Assembly (NCBI GenBank): GCA_045863395.1
Contig: BTVJ01000068.1
Coordinates: 1-38,889, forward strand
Direction of reading: 5' to 3'
Origin: Myxococcales bacterium
GTDB lineage: Bacteria > Myxococcota_A > UBA9042 > JABWCM01 > BTVJ01
Length of the DNA stretch: 38,889 nucleotides
A program made the translations under genes and the position numbers. Positions 7,050 through 18,100 of the stretch are shown in pieces (position 1 is the stretch's first letter; every line of letters starts with the position of its first letter). The notes under the pieces were generated by a model. That model did no database searches. It saw only the letters and a list, made by a program, of their open reading frames with translations, and was not told where the DNA came from.

Positions 7050-8441
7050 ATGAGAGGGATCTCGGCCGCGTTGACGCTCGCGCTCGCCTTTGCTGCCACC
7101 GACGCCCACGCAGACGTGAGCGAGGGGGCCGCCCGCGCGCTGCTCCAGACCTGGCTCACGGCGCAGAACGACGGTGACTTCCGCGCCTACCAGGCGACCT
7201 ACGCGCAGAAGTTCTACGGCGTGAAGCGCTCCGGGCCTCGCACGACCACCTTCGACCGATCAGGGTGGCTGAAGGATCGCGAGCGCATGTTCCGCAAGAA
7301 GATGGCGGTCAGCGCGGATGACGTCGCCGTGCGCACGTCGGCCGACGCGGCCGTGGTCACCTTCACGCAGACCTGGGAGTCCGGCACCTACAAGGACGTG
7401 GGGCCCAAGCAGCTCGTGATGGTGATGGAGGGACCGACGCCTCCCCAAGCGGCGCTGGCGCCTCGCCTCGTCATCGCCCGCGAGGAGCTGCTGGCCTCCG
7501 ACCTGGTGGGCGGGCCCGGGCAGGGCGTCCGCCCTTCGTCCCAGAACCACTCCTTCGTGTTCGCCGCCGGCGGCTCCCAGTGGGTGGTGATCTCCCAGGG
7601 GGGCGCGTCCCTGAAGGGCAAGGGCCCCCTCTCCCTGATCGCCGACGACCCGGCGTTCGTCGTCCAGGAGGCCGAGTCGGCCGCCTTCTCCGACTGGAAG
7701 GGCCGGGCCGTCAAGCTCTACGACGCCGAGGGCAAGGCCTGCGACGCCAAGGTGGAGTCACTCCACCTGGGGGTCCGGTTCTACGCGCACTTCGGGATGT
7801 TGGGCACCTGGCGCGGTACGGGAGACTCCGAGGCCGAGGGCCCCATGGCCCCCGACAAGGTCGCCGCTGACGCGTGGGACATGCTCACGGGGGACGAGCG
7901 CATGCTGGTCGGGCGCCTCTCGGCCGGCTGCGGCCCGGCGCTCTGGGCGCGGGACGCCGCCGCCCCGGCCCCCGCCGTCGCCGGCGTCATCGCGGCCGGA
8001 AAGGCGCTGCACCAGAAGGCGCTGACAGAGTTTCGCGGGCTCGCCGGGTGGGCGCGGCTCCAGAAGGCCTACCAGGCAGAGGCCCAGGGCACCAAGACGC
8101 CCGAGTGGACGTCCTATGAGGGCGCCAAGCCCGGGGTGCGCACCTTCCAGATGCCCGATGGGCGGCAGTTCATATCCGTCTGGGCGGCCGCCGGGTCCGG
8201 CTGCGGCGACTTCGGCGGGGAGCTGTGGGCCGCGTGGGAGGTCAAGGACCAGGGCAAGACGCTGATGCTGCTGACCGACGAGCAGGATCCCGGCCACGAC
8301 TTCGTCCCCGACGCGGTCTTCGATCTGGATGGGGACGGCCGGGTGGAGATCATGGGCTCGGAGCAGCTCATGACCCCGGCGGGCGCAACGCTGCGCCCCG
8401 CGGTCAATGTGCGACCGCCGAGCTTCGACTGCGGCTGCTGA
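7050..8441 (+). CDS. Secreted protein with N-terminal NTF2/SnoaL-like domain
   Basis: RBS GAGGAGG before ATG 7050; signal peptide (AHA|D); ARALLQTWLTAQNDGDFRAYQATYA...VVTFTQTW...KQLVM is NTF2-like; DLDGDG loop and terminal FDCGC. Confidence 0.75.
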   Translation: MRGISAALTLALAFAATDAHADVSEGAARALLQTWLTAQNDGDFRAYQATYAQKFYGVKRSGPRTTTFDRSGWLKDRERMFRKKMAVSADDVAVRTSADAAVVTFTQTWESGTYKDVGPKQLVMVMEGPTPPQAALAPRLVIAREELLASDLVGGPGQGVRPSSQNHSFVFAAGGSQWVVISQGGASLKGKGPLSLIADDPAFVVQEAESAAFSDWKGRAVKLYDAEGKACDAKVESLHLGVRFYAHFGMLGTWRGTGDSEAEGPMAPDKVAADAWDMLTGDERMLVGRLSAGCGPALWARDAAAPAPAVAGVIAAGKALHQKALTEFRGLAGWARLQKAYQAEAQGTKTPEWTSYEGAKPGVRTFQMPDGRQFISVWAAAGSGCGDFGGELWAAWEVKDQGKTLMLLTDEQDPGHDFVPDAVFDLDGDGRVEIMGSEQLMTPAGATLRPAVNVRPPSFDCGC

Positions 8442-8456
8442 CCCCCTCGCGCGCGC

Positions 8457-9167
8457 TCACATGGTCGCCCCGGTGCGCCGCGCCAGCTCCTTCAGGCCCG
8501 ACCAGCTCTCGTGCATGGACACCGCCAGCGTGGTGATCGTCGCCGGCATGTCCGCGAACGGCCCCGACTCTCGCAGGATGTCGAAGTGGGGCGCGCCGGC
8601 CAGGTCGAGGAGCGGCAGGCGCGCCCGGTCGCCCGGCCACAGCTCGGTGAGCGCGTACCCCCGCCGCCCGCACAGCCCCGCGTCCAGCGTCGCGTCGGCG
8701 GCGCACCATGCCCCGTCCACCCACAGGAAGTTGAAGCCGTGGAAGGTGATCACTCCACCCGGCAGCAGCGCCTCGAAGCGGGTGTCCTTGAGCTTGTGGT
8801 CCACGATGCGCTGAAACCCGAGCGCAGAAGGGATTCCCGCCGCCCGGGCCAGCGCCGCCAGGAGCATCGCCTTCTGCTGGCAGAAGCCTCGCCCCCGTGA
8901 CAGGGTCCCCGACGCGGCCCAGTCTGCCCGAGACCGCAGGTCCGGTGTGAAGTCGTAGGCGATGGCGTCGCGCACCCACCGGAACAGCGCCTCAGCGCGC
9001 TCCCGGTCTCCGGCGATCCCCGCGACGAGCGCCGCCGCCTGCGCCCGAATCTCACCAGCCTCGGAGTCGATGACGTCGGTCGGCCCGCGGCATCTCTCCG
9101 GCCCCAAGACGGGCTCGGGCAACTCAACAGAGTCGGCGATCCTCAAGCTCGAGTGGAAGCTGTCCAC
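8457..9167 (-). CDS. Transglutaminase-like domain protein
   Basis: LFRWVRDAIAY, GFCQQKAMLLAALARAAGIPS, FHG...W...DATLD give a Cys-His-Asp triad; start codon 1 nt after the ACAD stop. Confidence 0.85.
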   Translation of the reverse strand: MDSFHSSLRIADSVELPEPVLGPERCRGPTDVIDSEAGEIRAQAAALVAGIAGDRERAEALFRWVRDAIAYDFTPDLRSRADWAASGTLSRGRGFCQQKAMLLAALARAAGIPSALGFQRIVDHKLKDTRFEALLPGGVITFHGFNFLWVDGAWCAADATLDAGLCGRRGYALTELWPGDRARLPLLDLAGAPHFDILRESGPFADMPATITTLAVSMHESWSGLKELARRTGATM

Positions 9168-9168
9168 C

Positions 9169-10983
9169 TCAGTACGCCTCGTCCGGCAGGGACATGAGCT
9201 CCAGCGTGCTCCCCTCGACCAGCTTGCGGGTCAACGTCAACCCCGGCAGCACGTTGGCGCACCACCAGCGGGCGGATGCGATCCGCCCCTCGTAGAAGGC
9301 GGCGTCCGTGGCGCTCGCTCCGGCCCGCCGCTTCTCTGCGACCTCCGCGTGGCGCACCAGCAGCCACCCGACCACGAGGTCCGCCAGGCCGAGCAGGATG
9401 CGGTTCCCCTGGAAGCCCACGTGGTACACCGACTGGCCCAGCTTGCCCATCAGCGCGCCGAAGGTGCCCTCCACGTCGCCGAGCGCCCGCAGCAGCGCCT
9501 TGCGCTCCGCGCCCAGCTCCCCCTCCGTGCCCTCCGCCGTACTCTTGATCTGCCCGAGGAGCCCCCGCAGCGTCTGCCCGCCGTCCCGGGCGATCTTGCG
9601 GAAGATCAGGTCGAGAGACTGGATGTGGGTCGTCCCCTCGTACAGGGAGTCAATCTTCTGGTCGCGGACATACTGCTCGATGGGGTAGTCCTGGCAGTAT
9701 CCAGACCCGCCGAAGGTCTGCAAGGACAGCGCGAGCTGCTCGTAGGCCCGGTCGGAGCACCAGCCCTTGACCAGCGGCAGGAGCAGGTCGTTGAGCGCGT
9801 CCATGGCCCGCGCCTCCTTGGAGACGTGCCCACCCAGAATCTCCACCTGGTCCTGCACCCAGGCCGTGTAGAGGCAGAGTGCGCGCATCCCCTCCGCGTG
9901 GGCCTTCTGGGACATCAGCATGCGCCGCACGTCCGGGTGGCGGATGATGGCGACCCGGGGCGCGGTCTTGTCCGTCGCCTGCGCCAGGTCCGGCCCTTGA
10001 ATACGCTCCTTCGCATACTCCAGGGCGTTCAGATACGCCGTCGACAGGGTGGACATGGACTTCACCCCGACGGCCATGCGCGCCTGCTCGATGACGTGGA
10101 ACATCTGGCGGATGCCGTCGTGGACCTCGCCGACGAGCAGCCCCCGCGCCGGCGCCCGGTCGCCGAAGGTCATCTCGCAGGTCGCCGACCCCTTGATGCC
10201 CATCTTCTTCTCGACGTTGGTGCAGTACGCGCCGTTGCGCTCGCCGAGGCTGCCGTCCTCGTTGACCCAGAACTTCGGCACGATGAACATGCTCAGGCCC
10301 TTGGTGCCGCCGACGGCCCCCTCTGGGCGCGCCAGCACCAGGTGGACGATGTTCTCGACGCCGTCGAAGTCGCCGTTGGTGATGAAGCGCTTGACGCCCT
10401 CGATCTCCCAGACGTCTCCCTCCACGTGCCGCGCTTTGGTGCGTGCCTCCCCCACGTCGCTGCCCGCGTCCGGCTCCGTCAGCACCATGGAGCCGCCCCA
10501 GCGCCGGTCGATCATGTTCTGGACGTACCGTGCCTTCTGCGACGGGGTGCCCAGGCGGTCGATGATGCGCGAGATGAACGTCCCGAAGAGGTAGTAGGCC
10601 ACCGTCGCATTCGCCCCGGAGGTCATCTCGAAGGCCGACCAGATCAGGGACGGGGGCGCCCCGAAGCCTCCCCGAGACTCGGGCAGCTCCAGGTTCTGCC
10701 AGCCGCCCTCGTACCAGGCGTCCATGGAGCGGTGGAGTCCCGGCGGGAGCGCAACGTTGCCGTCGGCGTCCAGCTTGAGCGGTGTCCGGTCTGCCTCGAC
10801 GAAGCTGTCCGCCAGCGCCGTCGTCGCCAGCTTCTCGTAGGCGACGAGCGCGTCCCGGGCGGTCTCCTCGTCCATGCTGGCGTAGGGGCCCTTGCCGTAG
10901 GTCGTGCTCTGGACCTCCAAGACCTCGAAGAGGTTGAAGAAGATGTCTCGCAGGTTGCTCTTGTAGTGTCGCGACGTGCTCAC
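9169..10983 (-). CDS. Acyl-CoA dehydrogenase (about 600 aa, FadE5-like group)
   Basis: MVLTEPDAGSDVG, IEGVKRFIT, GTKGLSMFIVPK, EKKMGIKGSATC, QTFGGSGY...YPIEQYVRDQKIDSLYEGTTHIQ. Confidence 0.95.
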   Translation of the reverse strand: MSTSRHYKSNLRDIFFNLFEVLEVQSTTYGKGPYASMDEETARDALVAYEKLATTALADSFVEADRTPLKLDADGNVALPPGLHRSMDAWYEGGWQNLELPESRGGFGAPPSLIWSAFEMTSGANATVAYYLFGTFISRIIDRLGTPSQKARYVQNMIDRRWGGSMVLTEPDAGSDVGEARTKARHVEGDVWEIEGVKRFITNGDFDGVENIVHLVLARPEGAVGGTKGLSMFIVPKFWVNEDGSLGERNGAYCTNVEKKMGIKGSATCEMTFGDRAPARGLLVGEVHDGIRQMFHVIEQARMAVGVKSMSTLSTAYLNALEYAKERIQGPDLAQATDKTAPRVAIIRHPDVRRMLMSQKAHAEGMRALCLYTAWVQDQVEILGGHVSKEARAMDALNDLLLPLVKGWCSDRAYEQLALSLQTFGGSGYCQDYPIEQYVRDQKIDSLYEGTTHIQSLDLIFRKIARDGGQTLRGLLGQIKSTAEGTEGELGAERKALLRALGDVEGTFGALMGKLGQSVYHVGFQGNRILLGLADLVVGWLLVRHAEVAEKRRAGASATDAAFYEGRIASARWWCANVLPGLTLTRKLVEGSTLELMSLPDEAY

Positions 10984-11016
10984 GGTGTCTCCGGATGGTT
11001 GCGGGTCAGGTCAGGG

Positions 11017-12780
11017 TCAGTCGCGCGCCATGAAGGCGCTGGTCAGCGCGCCCATGCACCAGTCGGTTGCCTGGCCGTCCTCGAAGTAGATGTTCATCAG
11101 CCGCTCCAGGCGGTCGGGCACGTAGAAGCTGGCCAGGGTCATGCCGTCGGCCGGCATGCACTGGAGCATCCACGGGTCCCAGTCGTCGGGGTTGCACAGC
11201 TTGGGGTTCAGCAGCACGTTGGGGTCGAGGATCGGGGCCAGCGCACCGGCGATGGCAGCAATGTCTTTTCCGTCCGGCATCTTGGAGAGCACGGCCCACG
11301 CGTCCTGGAGCTGCGGCGGCAGCGGCTCGGGCAGCAGCTCCTCCAGCACGATGGCGTGGAGCCAGGCGCCCCCGGCGGGCACGGTCCACTCGTAGGAGCC
11401 GGTCGCCCGGTCAGAGGGGATCCAGTCCTCGGCGAGCACCATCGGCTCCGCGGTGACCTTGGTCGCCTGCGGCTTGATGGGCCCGGTGACCAAGCGCAGG
11501 AGGCCTTTGTAGGCCCGCGTGACCGTGACATGGATGGTGTACGTGCCCGGGCCGGGGAGCTCAGCCCCCATCGGGTAGCGCTTCCCCTCTGCGTCCTCCG
11601 CCTCCAGCACGACCTGCGCCCCGAACGGCGAGCGGGACACGAAGGTAGCTCCGGTCCGCAGTCCATCGACGACGCCCTCCCAGCCGAGGGCGGGCCCCTC
11701 CAGGCCCTCGTAGCGCGGCAGATCGGGGCGCAGCACGTAGGTGGTCGGCAGGCCCGCCGGGATGATCATGTGCCGGTCGCCGCCCCCGACGGCGGGGATG
11801 TGCACCCCGTTGGTCAGGTGGTTGTACCACATCAGGAGCGCCATGTGGTTGGCGCCGCCCCGCGACAACTCCACCGCGGACCGGATGTAGATGTTCTCGT
11901 GCCCCGAGCCGGCCACCTTCTCGTCGAGCTGCTCCACGGTCAGCGGCCCGAAGAACGTGCCCCAGGGGCCGTTCCACACCTCGACGCCGTCGATGCCGTC
12001 CGTGTCCCAGAGCCACGCCGTGTCCTGGACCGGGTGGTTGATGGAGAACAGCGCTCCCTGCTCGTGCGCCTGGTTGATGGCCCACAGGTGGTGCTCGTTC
12101 TTGGACTCTCCCGCGGCCACGTCGTTGGAGATGTGCGCCAGCAACCCCCAGATGCCGGCGTGCCCGTCGCTGCCGTACTCCTCGCCGGGGATCAGGATCA
12201 GGTGGTCGTGGTGGAAGTCAGGGTCCGACAGGGCCTCGTCCGTTCGGTGGTCCGTGATGGCCAGGAAGTCCAGCCCATTGCCGGCGTTCTCCGGGTAGCG
12301 CGCCAGGTAGACCGGGTCCCGGAAGGCGTCGGCGATGGCAATGGCCGTCGCCAGGTCGTCGCCGCCCTGCTTCTTTGCGTCACCGCTGTAGTTGGTGTGG
12401 TAGTGGAGGTCGCCGCGGTACCACCCGGCGGCGACCGTCGCCATGTTGGGCGCCCCGCTCTCAGGCGTGAGGCTCGTCTCCGGTGGGATGAACGGGCCCG
12501 TGTCGGTGGTGGCGTCGCCGCCCGCGTCCGAGGTAGCGTCCCCTGTGCCGCCGTCCGTGATCGATCCGCTGTCTGCGCTCGCCCCGGCGTCGGTGGTCGC
12601 CTCCGCCGCGTCCGCGGCCGAGTCCGGGAGCGTCGAGGTGTCCGTGCCCGGACCCGCGCTGTCGGGGACACCCACATCCACCGCGGCGTCGCTGGCGGAG
12701 GTTCCCCCGGCATCCACGGCGTCGCTCGCATTGCACGCGGCGAGGGCGAGGGCGAGGGGCAGTACGATTCGGTTCCTCAT
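11017..12780 (-). CDS. Lipoprotein with PHP-fold metallohydrolase (CehA/McbA-like) domain
   Basis: Lipobox LAAC; acidic low-complexity linker; WYRGDLHYHTNYS, DFLAITDH, IPGEEY...GHAG, INHP, VEVWNG, AVGGGDRH. Confidence 0.85.
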   Translation of the reverse strand: MRNRIVLPLALALAACNASDAVDAGGTSASDAAVDVGVPDSAGPGTDTSTLPDSAADAAEATTDAGASADSGSITDGGTGDATSDAGGDATTDTGPFIPPETSLTPESGAPNMATVAAGWYRGDLHYHTNYSGDAKKQGGDDLATAIAIADAFRDPVYLARYPENAGNGLDFLAITDHRTDEALSDPDFHHDHLILIPGEEYGSDGHAGIWGLLAHISNDVAAGESKNEHHLWAINQAHEQGALFSINHPVQDTAWLWDTDGIDGVEVWNGPWGTFFGPLTVEQLDEKVAGSGHENIYIRSAVELSRGGANHMALLMWYNHLTNGVHIPAVGGGDRHMIIPAGLPTTYVLRPDLPRYEGLEGPALGWEGVVDGLRTGATFVSRSPFGAQVVLEAEDAEGKRYPMGAELPGPGTYTIHVTVTRAYKGLLRLVTGPIKPQATKVTAEPMVLAEDWIPSDRATGSYEWTVPAGGAWLHAIVLEELLPEPLPPQLQDAWAVLSKMPDGKDIAAIAGALAPILDPNVLLNPKLCNPDDWDPWMLQCMPADGMTLASFYVPDRLERLMNIYFEDGQATDWCMGALTSAFMARD

Positions 12781-12868
12781 GGCTTGCTCCGGTGCTGTGC
12801 GCCGCCGCGCACTCTACCCGAAGACGTCGGCCACGTCAGGTCCGTTGCGCGTTCGTTTGGTCACCGTG

Positions 12869-15166
12869 TCAGTTGCAGCCGGGGATCGCGAGGTGCTCGC
12901 AGCCGGTCGTCGGATCGCACGAGTCCGCTGTGCACGGGTCGGCGTCGTCGCACGAGGCGGGCGGGTTGGAGCAGGCCCCGGAGCCGCACACGTCCAGCGT
13001 GCACGGGTCGCCGTCGGCGCAGGCGACCGGCGTGTTGACGCAGGTCGTCGTGGCGCAGGCGTCGGTGGTGCAAGGGTCTCCGTCGTCGCAGAGCAGCGCG
13101 GTCTGGACACAGGTCCCCCCGGCGCAGTCCCCGGCAGTGCAGGGGTCGCCGTCCTCGCAGTGCTCGTCCAGCGTGCAGGCGCACGGCGCGCTGAAGGCGT
13201 GCCCACAGGTGCCAATCGCCGGGTTGCAGGAGTCGGCCGTACACGGGTTGCCGTCGTCGCAGTCGAAGGGGGCGACCACGCAACCGAGCTCCGGTGTGCA
13301 GGCGGCCGCCATGCACGGCAGGCCCGTCGTGCAGATCGCCACCTCATGCGTACACGAGAGGCCGTCGGGCGTGCAGGCGTCCACCGTGCAGGCGTCGCCG
13401 TCGTCGCAGGCGTCGAGGTACTCGCACCCCCCGTCGCAGGTCGCCACCGTACACGCCGGCCCGGCCGGGCAGTCTGCGGGCGTCGCGCAGGGCCCGCAGC
13501 CGGCCACCTCGAGGTGGGCGCAGCCGGCAGCCCCGCAGGAGTCGACGGTGCAGCCGTCCCCATCGTCGCAGGACACCGGCGCGTAGGTGCAGCCCTTGCC
13601 GGCCACGCAGGCGTCGGTCGTGCAGGGGTCCCCGTCGTCGCAGGCGGCCGGCGCGAAGACGCACTGCCCGTCGGGCCCGCAAGCGTCGGTCGTGCAGGGG
13701 TCCCCGTCGTCGCACCCGGGGACGTGTACGCAGCCCTCCGCGGGCAGGCACAGGTCGTCGGTGCACGCCTTGCCGTCGTCGCAGGGGACCGGGGCGTTGA
13801 CGCATCCACCCGGCGCGCAGGTGTCGTCGGTGCACGGGTCGCCGTCGAAGCACGGGCTCCCGAGGTGCGTGCAGCCCAGGTTCGGGTCGCACCCGTCCTC
13901 GGTGCACGGGTCTCCGTCGTCGCAGCCCTCCGGTTCGCTCGTGCACTGCCCGCCGATGCACTCGTCCGCCGTGCAGGAGTCGAGGTCATCGCAGGGCAGC
14001 AGCGCGTGCTGGCACCCCTTCGTCGGGTGGCAGGAGTCGAAGGTGCATCCGTCACCGTCGTCGCAGCTCGCTGGTGTGCTGGTACAAGCTCCCGAGGCGG
14101 GGTTGCAGGCGTCGGTCGTGCAGAGCGTCCCGTCGTCGCAGGACTTCGCCACCGTCGAGCACCCCGACGCGGGGTCGCAGGAATCGACCGTGCATGGGTC
14201 GTCGTCGTTGCAGGGCACTGCGACGCTGCTACACCCCACCCCAGGGGCGCACGTGTCGGCCGTACAGGCGTTGCCGTCGTCGCACGGGACCGCCGCCCAA
14301 GCGCAGGTCCCCGCGCACGAGTCCGTCGTGCAGGGGTCACCGTCGTCGCAGTCGAGCGCCGTGACACACCCGTCGCAGGGGATGATCGCCCCGTGGGTAC
14401 ACGCGCCGGTGGCGGGGTCGCAGCCGTCCGTGGTGCAAGGGTCGCCGTCTCCACACGCCTTGGCCGGGTGGGAGCACGTCCCCGCCACACACGCGTCGGC
14501 GGTGCAGGCGTCGCCGTCGTCGCACGACACTGCGTTGGCCACACAGCCCGCGACCGGGCTGCACGCGTCCGCCGTGCAAGGGTCGCCGTCGTCGCAGGTC
14601 TTGGGCGTCACGATGCACCCGAGCGCCTCGTCGCAGGCGGCGGTGGAGCAGAGGTCCGGCGCCACGCACGGGACAGGCGCGGTGACGCACCCGCCGTCGC
14701 ACGAGTCGATGGTGCAGGCGTCGCCGTCATCGCACGACAGAGGGACATGGGCGCACAGGCCGGTCTCCTCGGCGCAGTGATCCTCGGTGCAGGGGTCGCT
14801 GTCGTCGCAGTCCGCCGGCTCCGCGCACTCGCCGCCCCATGCGTCGGACCCGCCATCGCCGTCCGTGGAGTCTCCGCCAGATCCAGCGTCAGAATCGGCT
14901 GCGGAGTCTCCCGAGTCATCGCTGCTGGCGGAGTCGGCGCTGATGTCCGTTACGGAGTCTTCCTGCGAGATTGAGTCTCCGCCCGCAGGTCCGGCGTCTC
15001 CGGTGGAGTCCTCCCGGGGGCCGGCGTCAGTCTCGACCGCCCCGTCTGCCTGGACCCCGTCTGCCGCCGCGCCGTCCTCCTGGGGCAGCGGGGCGGGCCC
15101 AGCCTCGTCCACGCACGCGCCGAGGAGCAGGGCGCACACGACCACCGCCAGTCTCGCCAATCTCAT
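12869..15166 (-). CDS. Cys-rich lipoprotein with many CDDGDPCTxDxC (Dictyostelium CTDC-like) repeats
   Basis: Lipobox LLGAC; D/S/G/A linker; more than 20 repeats of CDDG(D/N)xCTxDxC. Confidence 0.88.
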   Translation of the reverse strand: MRLARLAVVVCALLLGACVDEAGPAPLPQEDGAAADGVQADGAVETDAGPREDSTGDAGPAGGDSISQEDSVTDISADSASSDDSGDSAADSDAGSGGDSTDGDGGSDAWGGECAEPADCDDSDPCTEDHCAEETGLCAHVPLSCDDGDACTIDSCDGGCVTAPVPCVAPDLCSTAACDEALGCIVTPKTCDDGDPCTADACSPVAGCVANAVSCDDGDACTADACVAGTCSHPAKACGDGDPCTTDGCDPATGACTHGAIIPCDGCVTALDCDDGDPCTTDSCAGTCAWAAVPCDDGNACTADTCAPGVGCSSVAVPCNDDDPCTVDSCDPASGCSTVAKSCDDGTLCTTDACNPASGACTSTPASCDDGDGCTFDSCHPTKGCQHALLPCDDLDSCTADECIGGQCTSEPEGCDDGDPCTEDGCDPNLGCTHLGSPCFDGDPCTDDTCAPGGCVNAPVPCDDGKACTDDLCLPAEGCVHVPGCDDGDPCTTDACGPDGQCVFAPAACDDGDPCTTDACVAGKGCTYAPVSCDDGDGCTVDSCGAAGCAHLEVAGCGPCATPADCPAGPACTVATCDGGCEYLDACDDGDACTVDACTPDGLSCTHEVAICTTGLPCMAAACTPELGCVVAPFDCDDGNPCTADSCNPAIGTCGHAFSAPCACTLDEHCEDGDPCTAGDCAGGTCVQTALLCDDGDPCTTDACATTTCVNTPVACADGDPCTLDVCGSGACSNPPASCDDADPCTADSCDPTTGCEHLAIPGCN

Positions 15167-15172
15167 CCTTCC

Positions 15173-18100
15173 CTACCACTTCACGAACCGAGTGATTCGG
15201 TTGACCCGCGTGTAGCTCGACCCGTCGGTCGTGGCGCTCGCCACGACCCCCTGCAGGGTCCCCGTGTGGACGTGCGGGCCCCAGCCCCCGTCGTTGACGG
15301 GAGACTCGGCGTCCGCGCCCAGGTTCATGTTCCAGCACGAGCAGTAGTGCTGCGCCACGTTCCCGTAGGAGGTGGAGCAGTTGGCGCTGCCGTGGGTGTC
15401 GAAGTCGGCGTCATAACTCGCCCACCCGTCGGCGAAGTGGCAACTGTAGACTCCCGTGCCGGGTCCGCCCGTCATCGCCGGGCTCTGCAGCTTCATGGTC
15501 GTCGTGTTGATCCCGGTGGCGGTTGCCTTGAACGCGACGCCCTGCTTGTTCGACAGGTCCCAGAACACGTCCATGTAGGAGGTCCCGAGGAGGTAGAGAC
15601 TCCCGTTGTAGTAGTTGGTACTCGGGTCCGCGATCCCCATGAGGGACAGGCGCTGGCCGTAGGGGAACTGCCAGAAGCCCTGGGTCGTGCCGGCGGAGCT
15701 CCCCACGCTGTTGTAGAGCATCGCCCAGCCGCCGCCTTCCAGGGACTGCTCGCACCACACCTGGAACGCATCGCTGGGATTTCCCCCGTTGGGGTCTACC
15801 CAGTAGAGGCCCGAAGCGGCGCTCGGATTCGCAGTCTTGACGGCCTGACAGCTCGCCGCAGGGTTCACCGGGGAGTTGGCGCCGGCCCCTGACCAACGAA
15901 CCCACCTCGTGATTCGGTTGACGCGGGTGTAGCTGGAGCCGTCGAGGACTCCGCCACCGGCGAACACACCCGCGGCCGCCCCGGAGTAGATGTGTGGCCC
16001 CCACCCGCCGTCTGCGTGGGGCCCGTCGGCGTCCGAGCCGATGTTGTAGGTCCAGCACGCCGAGTAGTGCTGCATGACGCTGGAGTAGGAGGTCGAGCAG
16101 TTTCCAGAGTGGACGTCGAAGTCGGCGTCCAGGGACGCCCACCCGGAGGCAAACTGGGAGGAGTATCCCGTGCCACCGCTGATCAGGGTCGGGCTCTGCA
16201 TGGCCATGGTGGTGGCGTTGATCCCCATGGCCGAGGCGTGAAACAGGACGGCCTCGTTGCCCCCGAGATCCGCCGCCGTGTCCATGTACTCCGTGCCGTA
16301 CTTGTAGAGCTCTCCGTAGTAGAAGTTGCGGAGTGGCTCGGCCCAGCCCTTCATGCGGAAGCGCTCGGCATAGGGCATCTGCCAGAACGAGAGGGTCTGC
16401 CCGCCCACGTCTCCGACGCTGTTGAAGAGCATCAGCCAGCCGCCGCCGTTGGTCTGCTGGTCGCAGAAGCCGAGGAACGCGTCCCACTTCGTTCCCCCCG
16501 TCGGGTCGATCCAATACGGGCCCGACGCCGTGCCGCCCCCGTCGCGGACCGCCACGCAGCTCTCTGCCGCCGTGTCCGCCGAGGTCCCGGGGATGCCCGA
16601 GCCCGACTGTCCGGGCGCAACGAGCGTGACCCAGGTCGAGCCATTGCACCCGTAGAAGCTGTTGGCCGACGTGTTGAAGTAGATGAGGCCTTTGTTCCCC
16701 GCGTTGCAGGCGGCAGGCGCGGCTCCCGCGTTGTGGAGGCGGGCCTCCCTGAGCTGGTTGAAGTTCAGCGTGACGTTGCCCTCGACGTCCAGCCGCTCCT
16801 CCGGGGTCGCGTCCCCGATGCCCACGCGCCCGTCCGCCAGGATGTCCAGCAGGGCCGTCGTCGCGTTGGAGAACCGGTACAGGCTGCGCCCCCCAGTGAA
16901 GGTGGTCAGCGCCCCGGGGTTGGCCGTGGTGGCCGCCGGGTCTGCCGTCTTGTAGGCGTGGAGCTGGACGACCGGCTCGTCGTTCGCGCCGTCCACGGAG
17001 TTGACCGCCTGGAGACGAAGCGAGGTCGCCGAGTCCTGGCGCCGCACCCCGAGCAGGATCGCCTGGCCCCGCTCTCCGCCGGCGTTGCCCTCCCGCAGCC
17101 GCAGGAAGCCGCCGCCCGCGTCGTGGGCCTCCAGGATGACGCCGTCGCCCGCCGTGTTCGTGATCTTCACGGACGGCTGCGACGTGCCGCCTCCCACGAC
17201 GTCGAGTGGCGCACCGGGGCTCGCGGTGCCGACCCCCAGGCTCCCGAGGACCGACGATGTGCCGCCACCGGACAGCGACACCTTCGCGACCCCGCCCACG
17301 TCGTGGATGGTCAGCGCCCCGTGGCCCCCGGCGTCCGTCGTTACGCGGAGCCGCGAGGCGTCATCCGCGCCTCCGATCAGCAGCAGGGCCTCGTTGGCGT
17401 TGGCGAGCCCGCGGACCGCGAGGCGCGCCCCCGGTGAGGTGGTGCCAACCCCGATGCGTCCGTTCGCCTGGACCCGCAGGACGCCGCCGCTGGTGTCTCC
17501 ACCGACTCCCACCGCCAGGAGCGCCTGGGACGCGCTGGCGAGCCCACCCGTCGCCTGCGTGATGGCGAGGCCGTGCCCGAGCGACGTCAGCGTCGCGCCG
17601 TAAGCGTCCGCCTGGGACTGCGTGACGGCCAGCGGTACTTGGAGCGGGTCGTCGTTGCCGATGAGCACCGTGGCCAGCACCCCGTCGACGACGCCGTCGT
17701 TGGGGCTCACGACGTGGAGGGGGCCGGCCGGCGCCGTCGTCCCTACCCCTACGTGTCCCGCCCCCGTGATCACGAGGCGCGGCTTGCCCGCCGTGATGTC
17801 CCGCAGCTCCAGCTCCCCGCCCGACCACCCGGCGTCGCCGGATCCGTGCCCGACCATGCGCCACGCCGCGCCTGCGCCCGGCTTCAGCTCCAGCGATGCC
17901 CCGGCCGTTCCGGGCCCCACGGCGCGCAGGTGCACCTCGCCAGCGTCGGCGTTGAGGGTCAGCGTCGCGTCTCCGGCCACCGCCGCCCCGTTGCCGGTGA
18001 TCAGCGCGGGTGCGGTGAGGGTGCTCGCCCCGTCCACGGTCAACGCTCCATGCACGGCCGTTGCGCCAGCCTCCAGCGCCTTCCACGTGGACCCGACCAG

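Noticed and set aside
8962..13038. Long antisense or alternate-frame ORFs (for example 8962-13038 +, 33133-36762 -, 28369-31236 +, 21818-24649 -)
   Set aside because: Shadow ORFs expected in very GC-rich DNA; they overlap clearly recognisable genes and lack motifs.
15173..15950. Repeated DGSSYTRVNRITR coding segments as a DGR TR/VR pair
   Set aside because: Differences are mostly synonymous third-position changes, not adenine-specific, and both copies lie within one ORF as a domain duplication.
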